From Candidatus Kerfeldbacteria bacterium CG_4_10_14_0_8_um_filter_42_10 (lineage in GTDB: Bacteria; Patescibacteriota; Patescibacteriia; UM-FILTER-42-10), in the NCBI GenBank assembly GCA_002784945.1, contig PFMD01000002.1:10477-74476 (forward strand): DNA of 64,000 bases. Reading direction: 5' to 3'. Positions 10,016 to 19,892 of the stretch are shown piece after piece. The notes below the pieces were generated by a model. The model was not told the origin of the DNA, ran no database searches, and saw only the letters and a program-made list of their open reading frames with translations. Position 1 is the first letter of the stretch. Every line of letters starts with the position of its first letter. Made by a program: the position numbers and the translations under genes.

Positions 10016-10575
10016 AAATAACTCCTAAAATAAAATTATATATTCTAATTTCCTTCCTTTTTGTCGTTATTGCCGTCATTATAATTTTTATAATTTTTCC
10101 TTTTCAAAAAAAGATTCGACTTTTAAGTCAAAATATTTACGATCAAAGAGTAAACTACGAATTTATTTTTCAGCAAAGGCAAAACGTTGTACGGCTAGAA
10201 CGAGAGATTAAAGAAATTGAATTGAATAAAGAGAAAATTGCTCCAGCCCTTTTTTCCAGAAACGAGACATTAGAATTAATCACCGCTCTAGAAACTCTTT
10301 CACAGAACAACGGATTGGAAAATCAAGTTCTAAATCTTTCTAATCCAAGCCTAATGGATTCAGGCTTAATGATCAGCAGTTTAAGAATAGATTTTACGAC
10401 AACTTATCCTGGGTTAGTGAAATGGATGCAGGATATCGATAAACAGTCCTTTTATTTAATAATTGATTCGATTAATGCCGGACAGCAATCTACCCAAATA
10501 AACAACGGTGATTTTGAAGCAGCCGGCAATAATCCTATTTCCGTTAATATATCGGCAAAAGTTTATTGGCTATAG
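10012..10575 (+). CDS. pilO: PilO-like protein
   Basis: N-terminal TM, coiled coil, ferredoxin-like C-terminus; follows pilN. Confidence 0.7.
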   Translation: MKITPKIKLYILISFLFVVIAVIIIFIIFPFQKKIRLLSQNIYDQRVNYEFIFQQRQNVVRLEREIKEIELNKEKIAPALFSRNETLELITALETLSQNNGLENQVLNLSNPSLMDSGLMISSLRIDFTTTYPGLVKWMQDIDKQSFYLIIDSINAGQQSTQINNGDFEAAGNNPISVNISAKVYWL

Positions 10576-10576
10576 C

Positions 10577-10864
10577 ATGGATCTACACTTTACATTTTCC
10601 CCAAAAAAAACTTCCCTTTTTCTAAGAAAATATAGCATTAGAATTGGCTATTTAATTTTACTCGCGGGCGTTATATACATATTAATTTTCCTGTATCAAT
10701 ATCTTTATTTACCCATATCAGAAAAACAGACGATTGATCCAAGTCTGATTCAAAGCAAAAAAGAGGTTGTTAATCAGCAGTTATTTGAGCGAATAATAAA
10801 AAGCATGGAACAAAAAACGACCTCGTTCAACGACAGCCTTCAGAATATTAGGGATCCGTTTTAA
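10577..10864 (+). CDS. Small single-TM pilus-associated protein (ends in RDPF, PilP-like motif)
   Basis: ATG at 10577 just after the pilO stop; one TM; C-terminal IRDPF. Confidence 0.6.
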   Translation: MDLHFTFSPKKTSLFLRKYSIRIGYLILLAGVIYILIFLYQYLYLPISEKQTIDPSLIQSKKEVVNQQLFERIIKSMEQKTTSFNDSLQNIRDPF

Positions 10865-12048
10865 TCTAAGCTGATTTCCTTAACTGTTTTTTTGAGAGCT
10901 TTGATAAAAAATCGTAATTCCGCGAGGGTATTGCTTTGATCAAGGGTCACTCGTATCCCCTCTTTAGCTTTCCGACCATCCAGGCCTAATGCCAAAAGGA
11001 CAGTCGAAGGTTCGGCTGCTCCCGCACTACATGACGAGCCGGTAGCAATAGCGATATTGAACTTATTATCCATAATAAAAACAAGATCCTCACCTAAAAT
11101 TCCTTTAATCCTAAAATAAATATTATTAGGAAGTCTTTTGTCTTGGATTGGTCCAATAATCTTAGCTTCGGGTATATTGGAAATTTCTTTTATTACCCAG
11201 TCTCGCAGCCGGCTGACCTTTTTCGAGTTTTCTAATCTTGATTCAAAAACAAGTTCTAACGCTTTTCCCAGCCCAATAATGCCGGCGACATTCAAGGTAC
11301 CGGCCCTAAGCCCATGTTCTTGATCTCCCCCGGTCTGAACTGGTTTTATCGGAGTACCCCTTCTGACAAAAAGCGCACCAATTCCTTTAGGGCCGTGCAG
11401 CTTATGTCCTGATAACGAGAGTAAATCAACCTGCAAATAATCAATATCACAATCAAGGTATTGTGCCGCTTGAACGGCATCGGTATGAAAAACGATCGGC
11501 CGTTTTCTTAATCCGTTTGCTTTCTTAATAATTTTTCCTAATTCCCGGATTGGTTCGATTACTCCAATTTCATTATTAGCGTACATTATGGTAACCAGTG
11601 CCGTTGAGTCAGAAATTAATTTCAACAATAGCCGAGGATCGACCATTCCATCACTATTGACCGGAAGATATTTTAACCCAATGCCTTCTTTTTCTAGATC
11701 GAGGCATGTTTTTAAAACAGAGCGGTGTTCGATTTTAGTGGTAATTATCTCTGGGCGCCTTACTCCTCTTTCTTGGTAGGCTTTTATCACTCCTCGGATC
11801 GCCAGATTATTACTTTCCGTGGCTCCGGAGGTAAAAACAACCTCTTGAAACGCACAACTCAAAAAATTAGCAACCTGCTTTCTAGCACAATCCACTGCCG
11901 CCAGCGCCCTTCTTCCGGCACTGTGCATACTGTTGGGATTTCCATAATCCTTCCGCTCAAATGGTTTCAGGCGCTTCTGAACCGTTTGATCAAGATAAGT
12001 AGTCGCAGCATGATCCAAGTAAATCAATTTTTGATTTTTTTTATTCAT
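10861..12048 (-). CDS. iscS: Cysteine desulfurase (IscS/NifS group I)
   Basis: YLDHAATT, GNPNS.H, FTSGATESNN, HTDAVQ, SGHK..GPKG (PLP Lys), GSSC (catalytic Cys). ATG at 12048 preferred over the track start 12084. Confidence 0.92.
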   Translation of the reverse strand: MNKKNQKLIYLDHAATTYLDQTVQKRLKPFERKDYGNPNSMHSAGRRALAAVDCARKQVANFLSCAFQEVVFTSGATESNNLAIRGVIKAYQERGVRRPEIITTKIEHRSVLKTCLDLEKEGIGLKYLPVNSDGMVDPRLLLKLISDSTALVTIMYANNEIGVIEPIRELGKIIKKANGLRKRPIVFHTDAVQAAQYLDCDIDYLQVDLLSLSGHKLHGPKGIGALFVRRGTPIKPVQTGGDQEHGLRAGTLNVAGIIGLGKALELVFESRLENSKKVSRLRDWVIKEISNIPEAKIIGPIQDKRLPNNIYFRIKGILGEDLVFIMDNKFNIAIATGSSCSAGAAEPSTVLLALGLDGRKAKEGIRVTLDQSNTLAELRFFIKALKKTVKEISLD

Positions 12049-12055
12049 TGCCCTT

Positions 12056-12084
12056 AAAATATCTTGATTAAGGCAAACTGTCAA
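12056..12084 (-). promoter_or_regulatory. Putative promoter for iscS (near-leaderless)
   Basis: Minus-strand TTGACA (12084-12079), 17 bp, TATTTT (12061-12056); ATG at 12048. Confidence 0.45.
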
Positions 12085-12099
12085 TTATTGCTTAATTTG

Positions 12100-12108
12100 T
12101 GTTATAAT
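12100..12108 (+). promoter_or_regulatory. Extended -10 promoter for the minor pilin operon
   Basis: TGtTATAAT upstream of the pilin genes. Confidence 0.45.
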
Positions 12109-12223
12109 AATCGGGGATAAATGAAAATGAACCACGTTAGAAATTGAGCAGAGTTTTTCTAATAGGGGCGTATCGGAGTATCATGGATTTGTATTAATTT
12201 AACTCATCAGAGTCACATATCAA

Positions 12224-14443
12224 TTGATTATTAGAATTTTTAACGGGGTGAATAAAAGGACAAAAAACGCAGCATTCACACTTATCGAATTAATTGTCGT
12301 GATTGGAATTTTTGTCGCTGTGGGCATTTTTATCATTGGCGGGTTTGATCAAGCCATTCAGCTTTTAGCGATTTCCCGCTCTAAAGTAATTGCGACCGCT
12401 ATTGCCAATGAAAAACTGGAAATTATCAGAAATATGCCTTATGACCAGGTAGGAACCACTACCGGCTGGCCGCACGGCGAAATTCCGGCCACCCAGACCA
12501 TTAACCAAAGCAACTTTGAGTTTATTGTTCAAACCAGGGTGGATTACGTAGATGACCCTTTTGATGGTAATGCCCAGGGTACCATCCCCAATAAGCCTAT
12601 TGATACTGTGCCCAACGACTATAAAAAAGCTGAGGTGAACGTAAAATGGAATAATCCCAAAGCCGATCCTGTCCTGCTTTCCACGCTGGCTGTTCCTCAG
12701 GGATTAGAGTCAGCGGAAGCAACCGGATCTTTTTTAATCAAGGTTTTTAATTCTTCCGGCCAGCCCGTTTCCCAAGCAACGGTGCATATTACCAATGACC
12801 AGGTTGTTCCGGCAATTAATATTACCAATACTACTGACAATGACGGCAATTTGCAGGTATTAAGCCTGCCCCCTAGTGTCGATGGATACCATCTTGCGGT
12901 AACTAAGGAAAACTACAGCCAGGATTCAACCTATGCCGTTGATCCAATTAATCTTCCCAATCCCGTTAAGCCAGATTTATCAATCATCGAGGGATCCGTA
13001 ACCGAAACAAGTTTCGCGATTGATTTGGTAAGTACTTTGAATGTCTTTACTGTAGATGATACCTGCGCTCCGATCCCGAGTATTCCACTGGCTATTTGGG
13101 GCGAAAAACTGATCGGCACTAATCCCGACACGCCAAAGTATTCCTCTGAGCCACCCACCAATGAACAGGGAACACTGTCACTTTCTGATCTGGAATGGGA
13201 TAATTACACCTTACTAGAAACATCGGCTGACTATGACGTGGCCGGAGTTATTCCCCCAATTCTTTTGGATATTTTACCAAACTCCTCTCAGAACACTTCG
13301 TTAGTCTTAAGCCCTCATACCGCCAATTCTTTACGGGTTACCGTTAAGGATGCGGGGACCAAAACCGCCCTAACAGGGGCTAGCGTAAGACTTTACCAAA
13401 CAGGATACGATGAAACCAAAATCACTGGGTTTGGATTTTTTGAACAAAATGATTGGTCAGGCGGGCCTGGCCAGGAAAACTTCAGCGATCCTTCAAAATA
13501 TGCCAGCGATGACGGCAACGTTGACCCCTTGGGCACTCCCGGAAATTTAACCCTAGGCTATTCTGAAGACAATCACAATCATTTTGAGGATTTTAGTTCC
13601 GATACCTATAAAGATGCTTTAGCCACCACGGCCGACTGGGATATTAATCTTGGCCAGGTAATTTTGGAAGAACAGGACGGGCAATTTTTATCCAGCGGAA
13701 CCGTTCAGACAACCAAATTAAACGGCACAGCCGGAAAAATCATTAAAGCAACTTTGACTGTCGAGCAAATCTTGAACAATCAAACCATTGATTATTTCTT
13801 GTCATCGAATGGGGGATCAAATTTCGAACCGGTCACTCTCGGAACTGAGCACGCGTTTGTAAATTCTGGAAGCGATTTGCTTTTCCGCGCAGTTTTAGCC
13901 TCCAGCGATCCTTTGGTTACGCCGATAATAGATAGCGTCTCGATTTCCTATACCCAAGTAGTTTATGAATCAAACGGGGAATTAATCTCTTCTTCTTTTA
14001 ATACCGGAACAACCAGTAATTTTGGCACGCTATCGTGGATCCCCTCTTCTCAAATCCCCGAAGTTGGCTTAGAAAGTGTCAAATTTCAAATTGCCGCTAA
14101 TAACGACAACCTGACTTGGAATTTTATCGGCCCTGACGGCACCGTCAATACTTTCTACACCAATAATGGATCCTCGATCAATGCGTCTCATAATGGGAAT
14201 CAATATCTCCGTTACAAGGTTTTTTTAAGCACCGAGGATTTGGCGTACACGCCCATTATTTCTTCTGCTAAAATCGGGTACACCTCTTCTTGTATTCCCC
14301 CCGGACAAGTTTTCTTCAGTAATTTGGGTAGTGATACTTATTCTCTCGATATCACGTTAAATGGATACGAAACGCTAAGTAGTTCGGCCACGGTAAATGG
14401 CACTACTCAAATAGAATATTTACTTACTCCCTTATCTCCCTAA
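12224..14443 (+). CDS. Large type IV minor pilin / adhesin: prepilin N-terminus plus carboxypeptidase-regulatory-like and beta-sandwich domains
   Basis: KRTKNAA|FTLIELIVVIG class III signal, ANEKLEIIRN..Y, repeated V.V.....P..GA.V / T...G domains. True start may be GTG 12248. Confidence 0.85.
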   Translation: MIIRIFNGVNKRTKNAAFTLIELIVVIGIFVAVGIFIIGGFDQAIQLLAISRSKVIATAIANEKLEIIRNMPYDQVGTTTGWPHGEIPATQTINQSNFEFIVQTRVDYVDDPFDGNAQGTIPNKPIDTVPNDYKKAEVNVKWNNPKADPVLLSTLAVPQGLESAEATGSFLIKVFNSSGQPVSQATVHITNDQVVPAINITNTTDNDGNLQVLSLPPSVDGYHLAVTKENYSQDSTYAVDPINLPNPVKPDLSIIEGSVTETSFAIDLVSTLNVFTVDDTCAPIPSIPLAIWGEKLIGTNPDTPKYSSEPPTNEQGTLSLSDLEWDNYTLLETSADYDVAGVIPPILLDILPNSSQNTSLVLSPHTANSLRVTVKDAGTKTALTGASVRLYQTGYDETKITGFGFFEQNDWSGGPGQENFSDPSKYASDDGNVDPLGTPGNLTLGYSEDNHNHFEDFSSDTYKDALATTADWDINLGQVILEEQDGQFLSSGTVQTTKLNGTAGKIIKATLTVEQILNNQTIDYFLSSNGGSNFEPVTLGTEHAFVNSGSDLLFRAVLASSDPLVTPIIDSVSISYTQVVYESNGELISSSFNTGTTSNFGTLSWIPSSQIPEVGLESVKFQIAANNDNLTWNFIGPDGTVNTFYTNNGSSINASHNGNQYLRYKVFLSTEDLAYTPIISSAKIGYTSSCIPPGQVFFSNLGSDTYSLDITLNGYETLSSSATVNGTTQIEYLLTPLSP

Positions 14444-14455
14444 TAAGCATTTTAT

Positions 14456-15064
14456 ATGAATACTCCTAATCATAAATCCGGTTTTACCCTAATTGAAATG
14501 ATTATTGTTATGGGTATTCTGGGAATTATCGGAGGGATTGTTTATCAATTTGTAGTCCAGGGAAATCGGATGTTTATGCAGTCGAGGGATCAGGCGCTGG
14601 CCCAAGATACTTTAAGAAAGGTGATGGATTCGCTGGCGAAAGAATTAAGAGAAGCGCAAAATGCCGACAATGGCTCCTATCTGATCGAAGCGGCCCAAGC
14701 GCAATCAATCGTGTTTTATGCCGACATCGACAACGATGATCATCGGGAAAGAATCCGCTATTTTTTAGAGAGCACCAGCCTTAAAAAGGGGGTAATTGAA
14801 CCGACCGTAAACCCCGTTACATATCCTACCGGCAGTGAGGCAATTTCCGTTATAGTAACCAACGTCAGAAACCAGGATGCCATCTTCAGCTACTTTGATG
14901 AAAATTATACCGGCACAGAGGAGCCACTGGATTATCCGATTAATTTGAATGAAGTTACGCTGGTTCATATGAATTTTATTGTGGATATCGATCCGAATCT
15001 TCCGCCCAGCCCCCTTTCTATTGAAACAAGCGTAATGATTAGAAATCTTAAAACAAATCTATAG
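14456..15064 (+). CDS. Minor pilin (PilW/GspJ-like)
   Basis: KSG|FTLIEMII class III signal; ELREA; C-terminal IRNL. Confidence 0.88.
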   Translation: MNTPNHKSGFTLIEMIIVMGILGIIGGIVYQFVVQGNRMFMQSRDQALAQDTLRKVMDSLAKELREAQNADNGSYLIEAAQAQSIVFYADIDNDDHRERIRYFLESTSLKKGVIEPTVNPVTYPTGSEAISVIVTNVRNQDAIFSYFDENYTGTEEPLDYPINLNEVTLVHMNFIVDIDPNLPPSPLSIETSVMIRNLKTNL

Positions 15065-15065
15065 A

Positions 15066-16553
15066 ATGCCGAAAAGAACTAACAAAAGAAAAACGACTAT
15101 AAAAAGGCAGGCATTGTCAGGATACACGCTTATTATTTTGTTAGTTTTTTTTGGAATCCTTGTCGTCTTATTGACCGCCGCTTCGTCTTATGTCGTTAGC
15201 CAGGCAAAAATAACTAATTTTAAAATGAGACAGCAGAAAATCCTGGAAATTGCCGAAGCGGGCACCAATTATTATCGTTGGCATTTGGCTCACGTACCGG
15301 ATGATTTTACCGATGGCACGGGCGGCCCCGGACCTTACCTGCACGATTACTATGACTTGAACGGCAATGTAATTGGACAATATAGCCTCAATATTATTCC
15401 TCCCGAAAGCGGATCGACTATTGTTACCATAGAATCTACCGGCTATCTTTTGGATCAAGCGGATTTAACCACGACGGTAGTTTTAAAAATGGGCATTCCT
15501 TCTTTCTCGACATTTGCCGTAGTGGCCAACGATGAGATGCGTTTTGGTGAGGGAACAGAAGTATGGGGACCAATTCATTCTAACGGCGGAATAAGATTCG
15601 ATGGCTTAGCCCATAATATTGTTTCTTCCGCCAAGGATAAATACGATGACCCCGATCACGGCGGAGCGGAAGAATTCGGAGTCCATACCCATGTTTCTCC
15701 GCTGGATCCCCTCCCTCCCCAACCGGTTCCCAGCCGGCCGGATGTCTTTGCGGCCGGCCGATCCTTTCCCGTTCCTCCCGTTGACTTTAATGGGATAACC
15801 TCGGACCTGGCAACCATTAAAACTAGCGCCATTGAGAGTGGAATTTATTTGGCCGGTTCCGGCAGCCAGGGCTATCATGTTCACTTTAATGCTAATCACA
15901 CCGTGGATATTAAAAAAGTAACCAGCCAAGCTTATTGTCGATACCGTTGGTTCTTCTGGTGGTATGATTATTCTGATATTTGGTCCATTGCCACTGAAAC
16001 AGAGTTTACTTATCAGTCCGGAAGTTCTCTCGGCATACCAGTGCCCAGTAATGGGTTGATTTTTATTGAAGACGACGTCTGGGTGGACGGACAAATCGAC
16101 AATGATAAAATAACTGTGGTAGCGGCAAGGGAACCGTTGGCTTCGGCTGCTGCCAATATTATCATTAACAACGACATTAAATATACTAACCATAGCGGAG
16201 AGGATGTAATCGGTTTACTTGCTCAAACTAATGTTGCGGTAGGGTTTTACAGCGAGGATGATCTAGAAATAGATGCCGCTCTTATTGCTCAAAAAGGGGC
16301 GGTGAAGCGATTTTACTACCCCAATCGATCTTCCTATCAGCAGAACCCGGCTAACTGCGCTAGCAATGTTTATCGCGATGTGTTGACTCTTTATGGCGCG
16401 ATCGCAACAAATGAACGTTACGGTTTTGCTTATACTGATGGAACCGGCTATGATTTAAGGCACTTGAATTTTGATCCTAATCTTACGTATGGGCCGCCGC
16501 CCAGCTTTCCTACTACCGGCGAATATACTATTATTTCTTGGGAGCAAAAATGA
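15066..16553 (+). CDS. PilX/GspK-like large minor pilin
   Basis: LSG|YTLII (no Glu5, typical of PilX/GspK), AEAG..Y, GPIHSNG, beta-rich C-terminus, ends SWEQK. Confidence 0.82.
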   Translation: MPKRTNKRKTTIKRQALSGYTLIILLVFFGILVVLLTAASSYVVSQAKITNFKMRQQKILEIAEAGTNYYRWHLAHVPDDFTDGTGGPGPYLHDYYDLNGNVIGQYSLNIIPPESGSTIVTIESTGYLLDQADLTTTVVLKMGIPSFSTFAVVANDEMRFGEGTEVWGPIHSNGGIRFDGLAHNIVSSAKDKYDDPDHGGAEEFGVHTHVSPLDPLPPQPVPSRPDVFAAGRSFPVPPVDFNGITSDLATIKTSAIESGIYLAGSGSQGYHVHFNANHTVDIKKVTSQAYCRYRWFFWWYDYSDIWSIATETEFTYQSGSSLGIPVPSNGLIFIEDDVWVDGQIDNDKITVVAAREPLASAAANIIINNDIKYTNHSGEDVIGLLAQTNVAVGFYSEDDLEIDAALIAQKGAVKRFYYPNRSSYQQNPANCASNVYRDVLTLYGAIATNERYGFAYTDGTGYDLRHLNFDPNLTYGPPPSFPTTGEYTIISWEQK

Positions 16554-17818
16554 AAAATAGATTTCGTCATTTAAATTCATTGTCAATTTTTATTGCGGGA
16601 GCGCTGGTTATTTCAACCGTTGCGCTGCTAAAGCCAATTCTTTTTAATCCTGAGATTGCCTTAGGCGCGAATATTATAGTCAATTTATTAGAACCGCCCG
16701 ATAATGCTTTTTTAAGCGGGAATATTCAAGCAACCGCCCAAGTCAATACAGCGGTGCCACGCGTGGAATTTCATTTTGTAGAAGAGAGCGGGCGCTTTGC
16801 CTTCGTTTATAACGGCAATGAAATTGGCGGAAATAGATGGCAGTACGACTGGAACACCAATGAATCGATTGACGGAATTTATAATGTTTATGCCGTAGCA
16901 GTGGATAATGATAATTTTTCTTATTTGAGCGGATTTAACAACATCATTGTAAATAATTCCGGCGAGATTCCTCCTGAGCCCAATCAAAACATTAATGGCA
17001 ATCCTCCGGTCAACGTAAATCAGAATACTAACATTAATGAAAATGCCAACGGAAATGTTAATAACAATTATAATTTCAACGAAAACAGTAATTCCAATAA
17101 CAATATCAATGGGAACGGCAATTTAAACGCAAATACTAACGCTCCCCTGACCAATACTCCGCCGGAAAGCAATTCCAACCTGAATCAGAATCTTAACTCA
17201 AATGAAAACACTAATTTCAATGCCAACCAGAATATTAATGAAGGCGTAAACAGCAATTTAAACGTAAACACTAACGCTCCCCTGACCAATACCCCGCCGG
17301 AAAACAACATTCCCAAGGATGATGATGACAATGATAATTTGCCTAACGAAGAAGAGTTAGAAAACGGGACAGATCCTAATGATCCTGATAATGATAACGA
17401 CGGCCTTACCGACGATTTTGAAATAAAGAATGGCTTTGATCCGCAGCAAGACGACAATGCCACTCCCCAAAGAACGCCTGATCCTAATATTAAGCAAGCG
17501 ATTGATGAAGCTAATCTAGCTAATGATTCAGATTCGGATCACGATGGCCTTCCTGATACGGTGGAAGCAAGGATCGGTGGCGACCCTAATGACCCCGATA
17601 CCAGCGGAGACGGCCTTACCGACGGTTTTAAAGCGTTTTACGGCTATTCCCTGACGCAGGATAATTCCGACTACATCGCTAAAAAGATGCAAGAATTGAG
17701 CCTGGCTAATGTTCGCGCTGTGGAAAAAACATCCTATTTAACGGCCGGGGTTATTTTTGGATTTTTGCTCTTAATCGCCGTGACTATTCTGATTCTATTT
17801 CATCCCCGCAAAATATGA
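16550..17818 (+). CDS. Membrane-anchored surface protein: Ig-like domain, (N-x)n tract, TSP3-like Ca-binding repeats, C-terminal TM
   Basis: Signal peptide; WNT....DG.Y...A.A.D Ig-like motif; NxNxN tract; DxDxDGLxD..E / GTDPNDPD repeats; hydrophobic C-terminus then HPRKI. Confidence 0.85.
   Translation: MKNRFRHLNSLSIFIAGALVISTVALLKPILFNPEIALGANIIVNLLEPPDNAFLSGNIQATAQVNTAVPRVEFHFVEESGRFAFVYNGNEIGGNRWQYDWNTNESIDGIYNVYAVAVDNDNFSYLSGFNNIIVNNSGEIPPEPNQNINGNPPVNVNQNTNINENANGNVNNNYNFNENSNSNNNINGNGNLNANTNAPLTNTPPESNSNLNQNLNSNENTNFNANQNINEGVNSNLNVNTNAPLTNTPPENNIPKDDDDNDNLPNEEELENGTDPNDPDNDNDGLTDDFEIKNGFDPQQDDNATPQRTPDPNIKQAIDEANLANDSDSDHDGLPDTVEARIGGDPNDPDTSGDGLTDGFKAFYGYSLTQDNSDYIAKKMQELSLANVRAVEKTSYLTAGVIFGFLLLIAVTILILFHPRKI
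17118..17303 (+). repeat. 51-bp intragenic direct repeat (17118-17168 / 17253-17303)
   Basis: gcaatttaaacg(c/t)aaa(t/c)actaacgctcccctgaccaatac(t/c)ccgccggaaa, 3 mismatches, offset 135 bp; encodes NLNxNTNAPLTNTPPE twice. Confidence 0.9.
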
Positions 17819-17828
17819 TTATAGGAAT

Positions 17829-17857
17829 TTGACATTCCCGGAAACATGCTCTAATAT
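17829..17857 (+). promoter_or_regulatory. Putative sigma70 promoter of rpmA
   Basis: TTGACA, 17 bp, TAATAT. Confidence 0.55.
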
Positions 17858-17882
17858 TAGGATAAATTATTAACTTAAAATT

Positions 17883-18170
17883 ATGGCCCACACAAAGGCG
17901 GGTGGCTCAACTCAACTAGGACGCGATTCTAAGTCAAAAAGGTTGGGAGTAAAAATTGGCGGAAACCAATATACCCAGGCAGGAATGATTATTGTCCGGC
18001 AACGGGGAACAAAGTTTCGCGCGGGAAAAAATGTGGTCCGGGGAAAAGACGATACCTTATATGCCCGGTTGGAGGGAACGGTGGTTTTTAAGCAGAAGAA
18101 GGTAAAAAGATATGACGGCCGATTGAAATTGACTAGAATAGTTGAAGTTATGCCCGAAAAATCGAAATAG
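17883..18170 (+). CDS. rpmA: 50S ribosomal protein L27
   Basis: [30 protein letters not shown]. Confidence 0.98.
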   Translation: MAHTKAGGSTQLGRDSKSKRLGVKIGGNQYTQAGMIIVRQRGTKFRAGKNVVRGKDDTLYARLEGTVVFKQKKVKRYDGRLKLTRIVEVMPEKSK

Positions 18171-18180
18171 CAATAAATTA

Positions 18181-18214
18181 AAAAAGGCGTAGATGAAATT
18201 GTTACGTCTTTTTT
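18181..18214. terminator. Bidirectional intrinsic terminator between convergent rpmA and pyrG
   Basis: aaaaaggcgta...tacgtctttttt stem flanked by A and T runs. Confidence 0.7.
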
Positions 18215-18228
18215 GATATCAATATCGA

Positions 18229-19866
18229 CTATTTTGCTTTAATGCAGGCGGCGATAAAATCCCTGAAAAGTGGGTGTGGCCTTAATGGCCGTGATTTAAA
18301 TTCAGGATGAAATTGCACTCCCACAAACCAGGGATGATTAGTTAATTCAATAATCTCCACCAGATTATTGGAAGGACAAATACCCGCAAATCTAACCCCC
18401 GCTTTTTCTAACTTGTCTTTATAAAGATCGTTAAATTCATAGCGGTGCCGGTGACGCTCCTGTATTTTTCGAGTTTCATATGCCTGATAACTCAATGATT
18501 CTGGCTTCAAGACACAAGGGTAAGCGCCTAATCGCATGGTCGCTCCGTAGCTCTTATTTTGAATATTCTTCTTCTGATAAGGATTCAAATGGATAACGGG
18601 GTGGGGAGTCTTGGGGTCAATTTCCAAGGAATTAGCTTTCTTTAGTCCCACGACATTCCGGGCAATCTCAATGGTGGCCAGTTGCATGCCATAGCATAAT
18701 CCGAGATAAGGAATTTTGTGTTCTCGGACATAGCGAATCGCCTTAATAATGCCTTCGATTCCGCGTGATCCGAAACCGCCCGGAACGATAATTCCATTAT
18801 ACTGACTTAATTCCTTTATTTTTGAAGGATTTTTTTCGTATTCCTCTGAATCGATCCAGGTTAACTGCGGTTTTCGTTTATGGTGCCAGCAGGCATGCTT
18901 AATCGCCTCTATGACGGAAATGTAAGAATCGGCTAAAGTGAAGTTTCCGGTGCCAAAATATTTCCCGACTATGCCAATTTTTATTTCTTTCTTAGAATTC
19001 TTAATATTCTTGACAAGTTTTTTCCATTCTTTAAGGTCGTTCTGTTTTGCTTTTAGATTCAACTTATCTAAAATTTTGTCACCCAAATGTTCTTTTTCAA
19101 AAACAACCGGCAATTCGTAAATCGAATCGAGATCCGGCGCGGAGATAGCGTTTCCTTTTTCAATGCTGCAAAATACCGCTAGCCGATCTCTTCTTGGTTC
19201 GTCTAAAGGTCTTTCCGCCCGGCAAATTATGAAATCGGTCTGGATGCCGGCGGAATTTAGGGTACGAGCGGCATACTGAGTAGGTTTCGTCTTCATCTCT
19301 CCAATTTTTTTGGGGATTGGAAGGTAGCTTACTAAAACGAACGCGACGTCATCGGGATACTTTAATTTCATCATTCTTCCCGCCTCCAAAAATAGCAAGC
19401 TTTGATATTCACCGACAGTCCCGCCAATTTCTATTACTGTAATATCTGCTTTATTCTTGCGGACGGCCAGCTTTATTCTACGAATAATTTCATTAGGAAT
19501 GTCAGGCACCACTTCAACATCTTCTCCGCCATATTCTAAATTACGCTCTTTTCTGATTACTTCTTGGTATACCTGACCGGTGGTAATGTAGTTTTCCGCC
19601 GTACAATTATTGTCGGTAAAGCGCTCGTAATTTCCCAAATCCTGATCCGCTTCAATACCATCTTCTCCGACAAAGACTTCGCCATGTTCCGTGGGTCTAA
19701 TGGTGCCGGCATCAATATTCACGTACATATCGCATTTGATAGTCGCAACCCGGTAACCTTTGCTCTGCAAAATCCGAGCAATGGCTGAGCAGGTAATCCC
19801 CTTTCCTACTGAGGACATTACTCCGCCAACAACAAAGATATATTTGGAAGATTTTAATTTCGCCAT
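18229..19866 (-). CDS. pyrG: CTP synthase
   Basis: GGVMSSVGKG, EHGEVFV, KTKPTQ, GLCYGMQ, RHRHRYE, QFHPEF. Confidence 0.98.
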   Translation of the reverse strand: MAKLKSSKYIFVVGGVMSSVGKGITCSAIARILQSKGYRVATIKCDMYVNIDAGTIRPTEHGEVFVGEDGIEADQDLGNYERFTDNNCTAENYITTGQVYQEVIRKERNLEYGGEDVEVVPDIPNEIIRRIKLAVRKNKADITVIEIGGTVGEYQSLLFLEAGRMMKLKYPDDVAFVLVSYLPIPKKIGEMKTKPTQYAARTLNSAGIQTDFIICRAERPLDEPRRDRLAVFCSIEKGNAISAPDLDSIYELPVVFEKEHLGDKILDKLNLKAKQNDLKEWKKLVKNIKNSKKEIKIGIVGKYFGTGNFTLADSYISVIEAIKHACWHHKRKPQLTWIDSEEYEKNPSKIKELSQYNGIIVPGGFGSRGIEGIIKAIRYVREHKIPYLGLCYGMQLATIEIARNVVGLKKANSLEIDPKTPHPVIHLNPYQKKNIQNKSYGATMRLGAYPCVLKPESLSYQAYETRKIQERHRHRYEFNDLYKDKLEKAGVRFAGICPSNNLVEIIELTNHPWFVGVQFHPEFKSRPLRPHPLFRDFIAACIKAK

Positions 19867-19892
19867 GTTTTATTAAGTATCTTTTTTAAGTC

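Noticed and set aside
10861-12048. Cysteine desulfurase as DndA/SspA of a DNA phosphorothioation system
   Set aside because: No dndBCDE or ssp genes nearby; it looks like an ordinary IscS/NifS
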